64,000 nucleotides of DNA from Leucoraja ocellata (GCA_036785375.1 JAWMAR010000013.1:9424001-9488000); one strand, 5' to 3'; shown: positions 11,490 to 24,302, counted from the first letter of the stretch. Numbers and translations are program-made. Notes: generated by a model not told the origin, from the sequence alone.

Positions 11490-12900
11490 CATGAGGTGCC
11501 TTATTCATTACCCCGCTGACCAATGCTGCCGCTTTCAGGAAACTATAGACTTCGACCCCAAGATCTTTCTATTCATTAACATTCCATGGTGTTTAACAAT
11601 TACTGTATTTGTTATTATACTTGATTTCTCAAAATGCGTCACCTTGTACTTCATTCCATTTGCCAACTCTTCACTCAACTTTCCTTATGATCTATATCCT
11701 GCTCTAGCTGTAGACAACCTCTCACTTTAAACTTGTACCCTCTAGTTATAGTCACCCCAAGAAAAGGACTCTGATTATCTATCCTATCTATGCCCCTCAT
11801 CATTTTATAAACCTCCTATATGGTCACACCAGAGTCCTGCATTTCAGTGAGAATAAAACCAGCTTATCCAATCTCTTTATCCTACAGTCCTCCATTCCAG
11901 GAAGTGTCCTGGTGATTTATTTTTGCACTCACTCTCTTGCCACCAGATTCTTACTGCATAGCACGAATCAGAATTGAACACAATCTTCTATCAGCAACAT
12001 TTTTACAACCGTAGCATGACCTCTCAATTCTTACATTTAATGACTTGGCCGATGAAGGCAAGCAAACCAATGTCTTTTCACTTCTCTGTACACCTGTGTC
12101 ACCACTTTCAGCAAGCTCTGAACTTGCATCCCAAAGTGGCGCTGTACCTAAATACTCCTCAGACCATTGCTATTTATCCTACATGACCTGCTAGTATTTA
12201 ACTTCATGTAGTATATTGGCTCACAGTTGTCTGGCTAAAATCCCATCTGACACTGCTCTGCCCAACTGTTCAGCTGATGTGCTACTGTATCCGAGCCAAC
12301 TTTCTTTGGTCTCTACCACCCCACCGATTTTTGTGTTGCCTGTAAACTTACTGATCAGACATCTATATTCTCATTCTCATCCAAGTCATGTATTCACATC
12401 ACAAACAATAAAGGTCCCAGCATTGATCATTGGAGCACACCACTTGTTACAGACCACCAATCAAAAAAAACCCAGTGACCACTGCCCTCTGCCTCCTACA
12501 ACAGAGTCATTTTTTAATCCAGTTTTCAAGCTTCTGCCTAACCAACCATTTGGGACCCCCTCAAAAGTTGCACCGGAGTCCATATAAATCATGTCTACCT
12601 CATTGGCTTCATCAATTTCCTTAGTTACTACAAAATAATTATCTAATTAGCCATTACCTTTCCAAGTGAACAGAGATCCAAACCGTTAGAGTCTTCTCTA
12701 ACAACTTTTCAGCCATATACATATAGCACGTGGGGCTGTATTTTACAGACTTGCCCTGCTGTTATTTTTGAATAAGGGGACATTAGCTACCTTCCTCATG
12801 TAAAAATCTCCATTGGGGTCTTAGCATTCTCTTCCCTTTGCCTTCCCTAGCATTCTAGGACAGCTCTCAACCACCCTTCTGCATTCCAATACATCTAACA
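11490..12900 (-). mobile_element. Several old CR1 fragments
   Basis: Recognisable CR1 antisense phrases, e.g. 'tatctatcctatctatgcccctcat', 'ccgatgaaggcaagcaaacca', 'ccaccccaccgatttttgtgttgcctgtaaactt'. Confidence 0.7.
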
Positions 12901-13727
12901 ACTCCACTTTCTTAATACCCTGAACTTGTATTCTTGAATGCTTTTATGAAATGCATTCAGTGGTGCATTGTTACAGTGATAAACAAGTCCTCTGTGGAAC
13001 AGATGAAATGGGTATTGCCTATACCAAACTTAAATACTGTATACAGTAATTTACCAGCATCACATCCTATTCATTAAGCAAGTTTTATCCTAATCATTCC
13101 ATAAAATGAAGAAATTGCATGTCTCCTTCATAACACTCCTTATCAAAAGTGACATTGCAGATTTCATTGGGCGATGAGAAAAGCTATTTATGTTGGCTCA
13201 AGCTGCTGGGATGGGAATTCTCTTTTCACCCCTTTAGAAAAAATGAACTCATTATTAAAACTCCCAAGTGCAGCATTCACTTCAAACAGTGAAGATGATA
13301 ACCTGTTAAAAAACTGGCAGATTTTCTGCAAGTGGACGTTGTAATAAAAATGCCCCCTACTTTGTTGGGATCATATTTGGAAGGCTGCTGCCATATGTTA
13401 TTTTCCTCTTTAGCTGGGATTATGCCATCATTATTGCTGATAAAAGCTGTTTACTGCCTTGGCAAAACAACCACGCTTGGGGCAGTTTGGGAACTGGTGC
13501 TTCACTCTGCAGCAGAGTTCATTTGTTGCCAGCTGTTCTGAGCTTGGTTTTTTTTTTACGATGAGGTTTTGTGCGGTATTGCATCAGTGGAGAACCCAAA
13601 TAAGTTAATTTGTGCTCTCCTGTCAAACTGTTACTGACGACCCTAACATTAATTTTTTTTCCGTTGTAGGTATATTTTACAATATTGTAAAATTAAACAA
13701 TTAATGCAACTACCTAGAAAATTGTTC

Positions 13728-14567
13728 AAAAGGTATCAAAGGTATTTTATTGGTCACATTCACATACACCTAGGTGTAGTGAAGTGAAATGCTTCTTGCC
13801 ATTTTGCAGCACATAAAGAAGGAATACAGACATAACATTAATAAGAGTTTTAAACATAAAGAACATCCCCCCACAATGGTTCCCATTATGAGGGAAGGCA
13901 CAAAGTCCAGTCCCCAACCCCAGTTCACACATAGTCGGGCCTATTGAGACCTCCACAGTTGCCTCTACGGAGGCCCGATGTCCAAGGCCGTTCTCGCCGG
14001 GTGATGTTGCTCCGGCGTCGGGAGAGACCTCTCAGCGGCTTGGGAACCTTGGAATGGCCGCTGTCGTACTGGAGGCCGCGGCTTCCGCGCCGGTTGGAGC
14101 TCCACAACTGGTGATCTCATCTAGAGATCCCAGGCTCCCGGTGTAAAGTTCAGCGCCGCCACCGCAGCTGGTCGCTCCACAGACCCGCAGCTCCGCGATG
14201 TTTTCCTCAGCGATCTTCAGCTCACCGGAGCTCCAGCGCGGCAACCCGGGCAAGGCATCGCCCGCTCCACGATAGCGCTCCAGCGCTGTGCCGCTGCCGA
14301 AGCCGAGGTTCTGGGCGGTCCCCGACAGGAAACGCCGCTCCAGGCCCGCTGATAGGCCGCGAGGACGGGTTGAAGCTGCAGCCCGGAGAAAAGCTGCCTC
14401 TCCGACCAGGTAGGGACCCTGAAAGGTAGTTTCCCCCTTCCCCCCCCCCCCCACATAAAAAAGTCTAGACCTCCAAACAAAACACTTAACTAACTAAATT
14501 AAAAAATAAAAAGATGAAAAGACAGACAGCTGCTGGCTGGGCAGCCGTGCACAGGACAGCGCCCCCT
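13728..14567 (-). mobile_element. Non-autonomous CpG-rich retroposon with Rex1-like 3' tail (unnamed family)
   Basis: The minus strand ends in ...gtgaccaataaa plus (tacctttga)n. It has a T-rich then G-run leader and a GC-rich core. Homologous to 56034-56773. Confidence 0.7.
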
Positions 14568-14779
14568 TCAAGATGATTATTTAGAAAAACAAAATATTAT
14601 AGGATTTTGACAGCTGTTTAAAGGATAATTTTCCCCACCAGTCAAATTTTGTTAATACCAGAGTCAAATAAATGTTCATTTTCAACCAACTCTTTACCTC
14701 TCCATGCTCACTTCCACACAGTCGGATGAGAATGTTTGTGTGGTCTGTTTAACTATGTTGAGGTCGCATCAAATCTGAA

Positions 14780-14985
14780 CGTGTCTTATCTGTCTTCACC
14801 TAATGTTCCACATGCATGCAGTTTCCAGCAGGGTCAAATGATTAGAGTCATGGGTAACTTGTTCCCTTTCCAGCTTGTGTACAGAGGGACCAATTATAAT
14901 ACTTTCACTGCTCCCTGTTGAAATTAACTAATTCTGCACAGACCAGGCATAAAACCTGACACCCTTCTGCATTTCTATCCATCAT
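14780..14985 (-). mobile_element. Ancient decayed SINE-like repeat; related pieces at ~41200-41300 (-) and ~48580-48700 (+)
   Basis: Shared motif: 'ttgaaattaactaattctgcacag' here, 'ttgagatcagctaatttaatacag' at 41270, and the reverse complement 'ttctgtgttgactgatttcac' at 48650. Confidence 0.45.
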
Positions 14986-15353
14986 TGAACAATTATAGGA
15001 GTGAGCCAACCCTGAGTGTTTTGTGACTCTGGCTAAATATTTTTGGAAGGGTGGTGGTGAAATCTGGAGGAAGAATAATGAAGGTTTTCAGAAATGCGAC
15101 TTTTCACATGATGACATCAAATTGTGCTAGTGCAGTAACTTATTATTTCTCTTGTGTCATGGGAAATCATTTTGATCGATCCACCCTCTATTCTAGGACA
15201 GTTTTAGTAAATATTGCAGCCCTGTAATGAGTTTTTAAAATATTGTGAACACAATTAATATATCTTATTTTATTGAAAATGAGAGGGTTTAAAATGTTAA
15301 GATTTTAAGAAATTATTAGCTGTTATTAAACCTTAGCCATTGAGTATTTTAAA

Positions 15354-15484
15354 TGTTTAAGAGGGAACTGCAGATGCTGGAGAATCGAAGGTTACACAGA
15401 AAAGCTGGAGAAACTCAGCGGGTGCAGCAGCATCTATGGAGCGAAGGAAATAGGCAACGTTTCGGGCCGAAACCCTTCTTCTGA
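15354..15484 (-). mobile_element. Penelope pLTR copy with hammerhead-like motif (15456-15483)
   Basis: Minus strand reads CAGAAGA-A-GGGT-TTCG-GCCC-GAAA-CG-TT followed by the pLTR body. Confidence 0.85.
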
Positions 15485-15789
15485 TTGTGCAGCAAAAATA
15501 TCAAGAAACCACAAAATAATGATTATGTAATTAACCATTTTTTAGCCAGGTGATTATTTATGCCTAGTTTCATGGACAAATATTTAGTTGTTAGAGCTTG
15601 AGAATCGCTTTCTACTGAATAGTGAAATCATACTTTCATTTATATGGTAGAATAACCGGATTTTTTTTTTTTTTTAACAATTCGCAACTGCATAGAGTTA
15701 CATTTTCAGTTGAAGTTGCTTTGGACAAAGGTTTTAATTCAAATATCACAATCTCTTCACCACAACAGTGGTTATTCTTCCAAACAAAC

Positions 15790-16270
15790 TTTGGTTTAGG
15801 TTTATTATTCTCATGTGTACTGAGGTACAGCGAAAAGCATTGTTTTGCACGTGCTACCTAATCAGATCAGATCATACTATACATCCATACAATCAAGTCA
15901 AACTCGAGTACAATAGGTAGAGCAAAAGGGGAAGATATAGAGAGCAGAATATAGTTATCAACATTGTAATGTACCAATTCCATAGACAATGTCTGCAATG
16001 GGGGAGAGGTGAATTAGATTCTCTGCGCTGATGGAAGGACCATTCAGAAGCCTGATAACAGAGGGGAAGAAGCTGTTCCAGGGTCTGATGGTCCATGCTT
16101 TCAAGCTGTATCTGCTGCTTGACGGGAGCAGGGAGAAGAGGAGTGACCGGGGTGGGTCAACTCTTTGATTATGTGGGCTGCATTTCCAAGGCAGCATGAA
16201 GTGTAGATGGGAGTCTGGTCTGTATGTTGGACTGGGCTACAGCCACATCTCTGCAATTTCTTGCAGCCTT
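15790..16270 (-). mobile_element. Rex1/Babar LINE 3' fragment
   Basis: LFSLLPSSSRYSLKAWTIRPWNSFFPSVIRLLN (ORF 15958-16197). Tail aataaacctaaacc. Confidence 0.85.
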
Positions 16271-16544
16271 GGGCATTATGTAAATGCAGGTATCCAAAGG
16301 TTAACTTTTTCGTGCTCTTGTTTTAAGCTTCTATTAAAAATATTATTGTTGATACGTGATGTAGATCGTTTTAATCCACATGATGCATCATTTTCAGTTC
16401 TGTTTAATATTTTGAATTTGATTGTGATTTTCAGTTGTGGACATCAAGGTAATTTTAGTGGTTTAAGGTCATTTTCAAGAGGGCATTAAAAGTCCCATTC
16501 AGGTTTCTTAGCCATACTCATCATCCACCAACCCATGACATAAA

Positions 16545-16664
16545 GAAGGGTCTCCACCCGAAACGTCACCTATTCCATCGCTCCATAGATGCCTCCTCAC
16601 CCGCTGAGTTTCTACAGCATTATTGTCTACCTTCGATTTTTCCAGCATCTGCATCTTTCTTAAA
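16545..16664 (+). mobile_element. Penelope pLTR copy with 11-bp TSD, starting inside the hammerhead core
   Basis: TSD catgacataaa at 16534-16544 and 16665-16675. Begins gaagggtctccacccgaaacgtc. Confidence 0.88.
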
Positions 16665-17179
16665 CATGACATAAATACTGTCACTTGTAAAACAGTTTCC
16701 TTAGTCTAGGATAAGACCAGGCATCCATTTAAAACTTTGTTTTAGCTTAGACAATTCACAGCTTAGCCCTTGAAAAATAATCTGTTGGTCAGTGCAAATC
16801 ACCTTTCCCCTGCTCCCCATTCAACACGAATGGCAGACAAATTAAAGTATTCTCCATCACAGAAACATTACACACTTAAAAGTTTGGTTTTCGTTATTGT
16901 TCGGAAACATTTTAGAATACCATGAAATGCATTACTGAATAATGTACCAAATTCTATTTCATTAGGCTACAGGGCATAGCAATGAACCTAATTATTTTAT
17001 TTTGATGGAAATAGAAGATGCTGAAAATACTGAGGAAGTCTGGCACCCTTTATGAAGAGATGTACCAAGTGAATGATTCGGGTCAATGATTGTTCAGTTC
17101 CAAATCTAATTTTTCCGTGCTTACTGTAAACTAAAAGGCTCCAGTTTTCACAAGTGAGCCAATGTGAAGCCTCATTGTG

Positions 17180-17324
17180 AATAATAATAATAATAAATTT
17201 TATTTATGGGCGCCTTTCAAGTCTCAAGGACACCTTACAAAAATTTAGCTGGTAGAGGAAAAACATGTAAGGGGAATGAAATAAATAGTAGAGACATGAC
17301 TAGTACACAAAGTAAATACAGAAT
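17180..17324 (-). mobile_element. Extremely truncated L2 3' end, same family as 7339-8097
   Basis: Near-identical reverse complement of ~7945-8097, including the (TTA)n tail. Confidence 0.92.
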
Positions 17325-17552
17325 GAGTGAAATGGTGGTATAGATATTGCACTTTGGAGCTATTCCCCTGATTCTCCTAAAATTGTTGTTCTGTACCATT
17401 TTATCTTCAAATGTTACATGACTTTTAGCATGCTGGTTATCATTTTGGAATAAAAAGCAAAACATTTTGGTCTATACCTATTGCTGGAACAGCTTTATTA
17501 TCCTGAGAGTTCTGACAAAACCTTATTAGTTGTTTGGTTTATGCTTGGTTCA

Positions 17553-17633
17553 GCACACACACACACACACAGACACACACACAGCCGCAGACACACACAC
17601 AGACACAGACACAGACACACACACAAAACACAC
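17553..17633. repeat. (CA)n/(CAGACA)n microsatellite
   Basis: Directly visible. Confidence 0.95.
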
Positions 17634-18449
17634 CCTTTGCGCACAGTTTTGTTTCATTTCAGTTTCCCAAATTAGAACAAAAAGAAGCAAAGCAAAACTC
17701 AGATGCATTGCTTACAGAAGCAATTTTGTATAGCTAAAGAGGCTGTGTGGAATTAGATGAATAACTCTTGAAAGTATTTGTATAACCAATTTGGAAAATG
17801 AGCAATAGAATGTATGGATATACAATCTGTGTAGATGCAAGTAGGATGACATATTTGCTGGGTTACAAAGATTTTGTCATTCCTATTTGGAGTCTAATGA
17901 ACAAATTTAACTTTGAATGCCAGTGGAAGAATTTCCTGGAATTATTTAGTTTTTGTATTACTTACCTCTATCTTCCTGCACATATTGAAATATTTCCGAT
18001 TATCCCCATTAGTGTAATGTGTTGTTTCTTTGGCTTCCATCCTGTTACCCAAGAGATTTCACGTGGGGGATGTGAGGATATTATGAAGGTGCACTGTTAT
18101 CACACCTTCTCATTAATAACGTACAATGGAAGGTTCTTCATTGATTAAAGTGCATTTGGAAAGCTTGATCTCATTAAAGATCTCTGTGGCTGCATAATGG
18201 ACAGAGAGCTGGGACTTAAAAATGTTTTGGATTGTTCTCTTTAGGCCAGCATGGATGCAATGAATCAATAGTATTCTTCATCAAAACTTTTTTCGATTAT
18301 ATTGAAAACATTTCTTTTTAAACCTGACACAAAATGTTTTGAAAATTTTGCCAATAATTAGTTAATATAATGCAAATGATTGTATTTGCATATTTGACTT
18401 TTGTGCAATTTTGTTTTGACATTATCAGACTTTTAGTAACCTCTTGCAT

Positions 18450-18625
18450 ATTGCCTAATCTACAAACTTGTACATCGTTTGAGCATGGGAGGAAACCGGA
18501 GCTCCTGGAGAAAATCCTTGGGGAGAACATACAAACTCCATACAGACAGCACCTGTCGTCAGGATCGAACCCAGGTCTCTGGCGCTGTAAGACAGTAACT
18601 TTACCGCTGCGCCACCATGCAGCCC
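18450..18625 (-). mobile_element. HE1-type SINE, 5' half
   Basis: 'gggaggaaaccggag...caaactccatacagacagc...caggatcgaacccagg...ccgctgcgccacc'. Confidence 0.88.
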
Positions 18626-18899
18626 GTTATCTTATGTAGTCTGAAGTGGATAATATGAGTTTACGATTAAAATGTGGCAAGTTGGAAGGTCCTTATCTCT
18701 GATGATGGTACAAAACCAGTGGAATTTTCCCACTGTACACTCGTGTAGCACGTGTAATCTTAATTCCATTGATGAACCTTGTGCCCACACCACTCACCAC
18801 AATGTTTTCCAATGTTGCACTGCTGCCCATCCTTTTCTTTGGAAGAGTAGATGGATAAAGATATTCAAGATGAGGAGTTTTCAGAGCAGCAAGTTCTGC

Positions 18900-19530
18900 G
18901 GGCAACCAGAGAGCAAGCTGTACAAGACCTGGTATTGTGCAATGAGATGGGCTTGGTTATTTAAGGAAGGATGTTATTGCATTTGGAAGTGTTAGCAGTT
19001 AGATTGATACTTGGAATAAATAATTTGTCATATGAGAAAAGTTTGGATAGGCTTGTATCCACTGGAGTTTAAAAGAATGAAATATACAAATGTGTAAGAT
19101 CTTGACAGATCAATATGGTGAGGATGTTTCTTGGGACAATTGAGAACTGAGGGTCCCAGTTTAAAGTAATGATTTGCCCATTTAGGACATTGGTGAATCA
19201 AATTATTTTTTCATCAGGATCATGAATCTTTGGAAATCTTTCTCAAAGGTTTAAGAAAAAATTAGACAAGCACATGGATGGGGCAGATTTAGAGGAATAT
19301 AGGCCAAGTGTAGGCAGATGAGACTAGTGTGGCTGGGACATGTTGGCCAGTGTGTGTAAGTTGGGCTGAAGGGCCTGTTTTCACACTGTATGACTCTATG
19401 ATTTTGGGTGGAAAGTTATTGATAAGCAAGAAGATGAATCATAACCACGGGCAGACAGGAATGAGGAGTTGCAGTCACAATCAGATCAGCCAGTACCCAA
19501 GCTATTGCTCCTAACCTCAAGTCTGTATGT
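18900..19530 (+). mobile_element. Decayed, nested CR1/HER1 3' fragments
   Basis: 'gggctgaagggcctgttttcacactgtatgactctatga' tail at ~19362-19402 and surrounding CR1-like phrases. Confidence 0.7.
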
Positions 19531-20030
19531 ACTGGCATGAAGCTTCCAGAGGATTGTCACTGCTAGGGGCCTCTGTTAATTATACTTCATAATTTCTCAT
19601 TTTGTGAGATTGGAGTTAATGCTTCATGATTTATGGAAAGAAAAAGGAAATTCCCGGCATAACTTTCTACATTCTGGCAGCTCTTCCTGAGTTAGATGCA
19701 TTTAGGTTAGTCTGCTGTGGGGGGGGGGGGGGGGGGTAGGGTAATTACCCATTTAAAACACACTAAGATGTTTAAGTATTAAGTTTTAAGATTCTTCTTC
19801 GTTTGCTCAGATGACTGCTAGAGCATTTTGAAACATCTGGAATGACATTGCACATGCTGCTTGCAGAATTCATAGACTTGCTTCAATAGGAAGATCACCC
19901 CAAACATGTGCTGCTGCAGGTGTCACAGAAAGTTCCATTTATGCATGTGGCAAAGCAGTTTTGAATGGAAAAGTGAATGCACATTTATGTTAATGGGCAT
20001 TCTTTTTATGAATAATATCAACAATACATT

Positions 20031-21492
20031 CAGTGCCCTCCATAATGTTTGGGACAAAGACCCATCGTTTATTTATTTGCCTCTGTACTCCACAATTTGT
20101 GATTTGTAATAGAAATAAATCACATGTAAGGGTAAAGTGCACATTGTCAGATTTTAACAAAGGCCATTTTTATACATTTTTGTTTCACCATGTAGAAATT
20201 ACAGCAGGGTTTATACATAGTCCCCCCCCCCCCCCCATTTCAGGGCACCATAATGTTTTGGACACAGCAATGCCATGTACATGTTTAGTATTTTGTTGCA
20301 TATCCTTTGCATGCAATGACTGCTTGAAGTCTGCGATTCATGGACATCACCAGTTGCTGGGTGTCTTCTCCGGTGATGCTCTGCCAGGCCTGTATTGCAG
20401 TCATCTTTAGCTTATACTTGTTTTGGGGGCTAGTCCCCTTCAGTTTTCTCTTCAGCATATAAAAGGCATGCTCAATTGGGTTCAGATTGGGTGATTGACT
20501 TGGCCACTCAAGAATTTACCATGTTTTAGCTTTGAAAAATTCCTTTGTTGCTTTAGCAATACGTTTGGGATTATTGTCTTGCGGTAGAATGAACTGCCGG
20601 CCAATGAGTTTTGAGGCATTTGTTTGAACGTGCAGATAGGATGTGTCTATATACTTCAGAATTCATGATGCTACTACCATCAGCAGTTGTATCATCAATA
20701 ACGATAAGTGAGCCAGTATCTTCAGCAGCCATACATGCAAAGGTCATAACACCTTCACCACCGTGTTTCACAGATGAAGTGGTATGCTTTGGATCATGGG
20801 CAGTTCCTTCTCTCCTCCATACTTTGCTCTTGCCAACACTCTGATACAAGTTAATCTTCGTCTCATCTGTCCACAAGATCTTCTTCCAGAACTGCGGTTG
20901 CTCTTTTAAGTACTTCTTGGCAAACTGTAACCTGGCCATTGTATTTTTGCAGCTAACCAGCAGTTTGCATCTTGCAGTGTAGCCTCTGTATCTGTTCATG
21001 AAGTCTTCTGCGGACAGTGGTCATTGACAAATCCATACCTGACTCCTGAAGAGTGTTTCTGACCTGTCGGACAGGTGTTTGGGGATTTTTCTTTATTATA
21101 GAGAGAATTCTTCTGTCATCAGATGTGGAGGTCTTGTGTTGATAAACAGCAATAAAAGTTTCAAAATGTGATGGAAAGATGGGAGGAAAGACTAGGTGCT
21201 GAGAGCTCTTTTATACCTGCATGAAGGAGGCATTTAAACACACCTGAGCAATTACAAACACCTGTGAAGCCATGTGTTCCAAACATTATGGTACCCTGAA
21301 ATGGGGGGACTATGTATAAATACAGCTGTAATTTCCACATGGTAAAACCAAAATGTATAAAAATGGCCTTTATTAAAATCTGACAATGTGCACTTTAACC
21401 AAATGTGATTTTTTTTTCTATTACAAATCTCAAATTATGGAGTACAGAGACAAATAAATAAATGATGGGTCTTTGTCCCAAGGAGGGCACTG
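20031..21492 (-). mobile_element. Tc1 (IR/DR type) DNA transposon, internally deleted
   Basis: Termini cagtgccctcc / ggagggcactg. TIRs of about 235 bp with inner and outer direct repeats ccataatgtt(t)(g)gaca. Transposase remnant on the minus strand. Confidence 0.95.
20285..21135 (-). pseudogene. Tc1 DD34E transposase pseudogene (frameshifted, N-terminus deleted)
   Basis: ORF 20571-20999 contains ARLQFAKKY..FWKKILWTDETKI..VKHGG. The downstream frame has WPSQSPNLNPIE and ACKGYATKY*. Confidence 0.93.
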
Positions 21493-21519
21493 AAGCCCCT
21501 TTTGAAAATATAAAAACCC

Positions 21520-21992
21520 CATAGTCATACAGTGTGGATCAGGCCCTTCAGCCCAACTTGCCCACATTGACGAATATGTCCCATCTTCACTAGTCGTACC
21601 TGCCTGTGTTTGGCCCATATTCCTCTAAACCTGTCCTATTCATGTACCTATCGAATTGTTTCCTAAACGTTCCAAAGGTCCCTCAACTACCTCCTCCAGC
21701 AGCTTGCTCCATACATCAACCACCTTTTGTATGAAAATGTTATCCCTCAGGTTCCTATTAAATCTTTCCCCCTTCACCTCAAACCTATGTCCCCTGGTTT
21801 TTCGATTCCCCTACTCTGGGCAAGAGACTCGGTGCGTTTATCCAATCTTTTCCTGTCATGATTATTACACCTCTATAAGATCACTCCTCATCCTACTGCA
21901 AGCAGTTTCAGCCTGCTCAACCTCTCCCCATAGCTCAGGCCCTCGAGTCCTGGCAACATCCTCGTAAATATTTTATGTAGCCTTTCCAACTT
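21520..21992 (-). mobile_element. CR1/HER1 3' fragment
   Basis: 'catagtcatacagtgtggatcaggcccttcagcccaac...ggttcctattaaatctttcccc...cctggcaacatcctcgtaaat'. Confidence 0.88.
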
Positions 21993-22684
21993 GGGAATCT
22001 CATGGGAATGTTAGATAATTAACAGTCTGGAATTTTCATAATCCAATTATTTTTCTTTTTTTCTGTGGACAGCTTCTCTATTGCTTTGCTATTTTGTGTT
22101 TCATTTTTTTCTTAGTCGTGAAGTTGCTTTTCCTTTTAATCTACAAGCTGCATTAGAGTCCCAACTTTACATTGCATTCTGATGTGTGAATCTTCAAGCT
22201 TCTGGACCATTGCTTCCTTCTGCTGCCTTTTGCATGTTAAAGTTGTAGCTTTCAATTTGGACAAACATTTTTCCCATGTTTTGAATTTCCAAGCATAGGA
22301 TTAGCAAACAAGAATCTTCAGTGTAATGTTGTGACATAGATTTTCATGAATAATCACTGAGTCATCACTCAATATTAGCCATTGCTGCACAACCATGTGT
22401 GCTAAAAGGAGGCTGGACCAGGGAGTTGGTGTCAGATGAATTCAATTCATGTGGTGTAGATCAATGGTTCTCAACTTGGGGTGTATGACCTCATTAGGAA
22501 TTGAGGTGATAGAGAGTTGCCAAAGATGACAGTTGTCTGTGAGGCTTTAATAATAAAGAGGTCATTTAGTTTAAATGTTCACAATAAAAGTAAAAATAAT
22601 CTTAAAACAATACACACAGTATGCTGGTTTCCCAGGCTGTAGATCTATAAACTATCTTCTGACACCCAACTCTTGAAAATAAGC

Positions 22685-22777
22685 TAGGCACAATATGCTG
22701 GAGTAACTCACCGGGACAGGCAGCATCTCTGGAGAGAAGGAATGGGTGACGTTTCGGGCCGTTACACTTCTTCAGAC
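22685..22777 (-). mobile_element. Penelope pLTR copy with hammerhead core (22748-22775)
   Basis: Minus strand CTGAAGA-A-GTGT-AACG-GCCC-GAAA-CG-TC. Degenerate TSD cttgaaaataagc (22672-22684) and ctttaaaagaagc (22777-22789). Confidence 0.85.
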
Positions 22778-23782
22778 TTTAAAAGAAGCAGTTCACGATG
22801 CCATCAGGCATTTATGGGAGATTGTATGTTTTACTGGGTTTTAGTCTTGTTTGTACTAATCAATTGAAAGAACTTGTGTAGCTTGTGGAGGGAATATTTT
22901 TGAGGAACAAAGTTGCTGTGGAAAACCACACAGGGTGATACAACTATTTACTGAGTCATTAGGAGAGTCAAGTTAAAGCGTGCACACCAAAATTGCACTG
23001 TGAAAGGGGCCCATGAGTTTTCTGTATGTGCAGTAGAGCGATCTTCGGGATGTGCAGTGACTCATGCTTATGAGTGTCATGAATCCCAGATGTATGTAGC
23101 AACTGTCAAATGAGTGAACTTAGCTGCAGGATCTATCATGGTGGGAGTTCTTCAAAGTTCTTATCTTCCAAATAATGAGGCTAACCCCCATAGATTACCT
23201 AAACTAATGGTAGGTGTGAGAATGAAGTGGACACTCCACTCCACCGACTACCAATTGGACATTGGAAGCTGGCATACAGAGGACCTTCGAAGATTTTCTT
23301 CACTCTTTCTTTTTTTTTAAAGAACACTATGATAAGCGGCCCATTATTTTATGACTTCAGTCGTGATTTCCCTGATAGTGGCATAACTTACACTTGTACA
23401 GGTTTCTGTCCCATGCAGTTTCTTCATCATGTTCCAGTTTTCCAGCAGCAATGGCGAATGTGCATTGTCCACTGATTGATGATGCACAGCTATTTGCCCT
23501 TTGTCTTTCTGTATGTGAACATCATGCGCTTGGAAGCCTATGAATCACTTTCCTCTTCTGTATTCTACATGCATGGGAGTATTCTTACTGTATTACTAAC
23601 TGTTCTACGCAACATATCAATTGTGTAACTGGTAAAATCTCAGAAGTATTTCATTTCATTGGCCAGTGTCATTTAAGCAAAATATGAAAATTCCTGTATT
23701 TAATTACTCAATACTGTTGAAATGGTGTAAAAAAAACAATTGAGTTTCAAATCAAAACAGAAAATGTTGGAAATAGTCATTG

Positions 23783-23917
23783 AGTTTAGTTTAATTTAGT
23801 TTATTGCCACATGTATTGAGGATAAGTGAAACGCTTTTTGGTGTGTGCTAACCAGTCAGTGGAAAGATTATACACGATTACAATCGAAACGTCCACTTTG
23901 TACAGATATATGATAAA
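23783..23917 (-). mobile_element. Rex1-type 3' tail
   Basis: (tttag)n followed by tttattgccacatgtattgagg..agtgaaa; similar to 15790-15900. Confidence 0.7.
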
Positions 23918-24040
23918 CTAGACCAAGTGGGACCCGTTGGGCCCCGTTTCCCCAACGCAACAATACAATACTCACCCATTCCCCCAACGCAACCCGTTTC
24001 CACCACTCACCCGTTCCTCCAATGCAATCCGTTCCCCTAG
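23918..24040 (-). mobile_element. Helitron 3'-terminal fragment
   Basis: a|ctagaccaagtgggacccgttgggcccc has the same CTAG and hairpin as 35876. Internal short repeats 'ccaacgcaac...actcaccc'. Confidence 0.75.
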
Positions 24041-24302
24041 TTTATCTGACATCCGTATATGTATTTCGGCTGATGTTTCATAAGGAAAATTGTTTGCTGC
24101 TTGAAAAGATGGATTCAATTATTATTTTTGATCCCTTATGTTTAATGATTTACAGTATTCAATTGGATGCAATTTTCATTAGTTGTGCTACTGAATAGTT
24201 ATTTTCTTCATGGAATGGTATTTTGATTAATGCAGAAATTAATTTGATATTTAACGATCAAGAAATGGTGCACAAAACTAGTTATGTGTGCTGAGCATTC
24301 CA

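Noticed and set aside
14032-14480. Overlapping ORFs and CpG-island-like composition suggesting a promoter or first exon
   Set aside because: It lies within a dispersed repeat, and the frames are not conserved in the second copy at 56 kb.
22462-22495. 'caatggttctcaac' resembling a hAT/Charlie terminus
   Set aside because: No matching opposite terminus or 8-bp TSD was found by eye.
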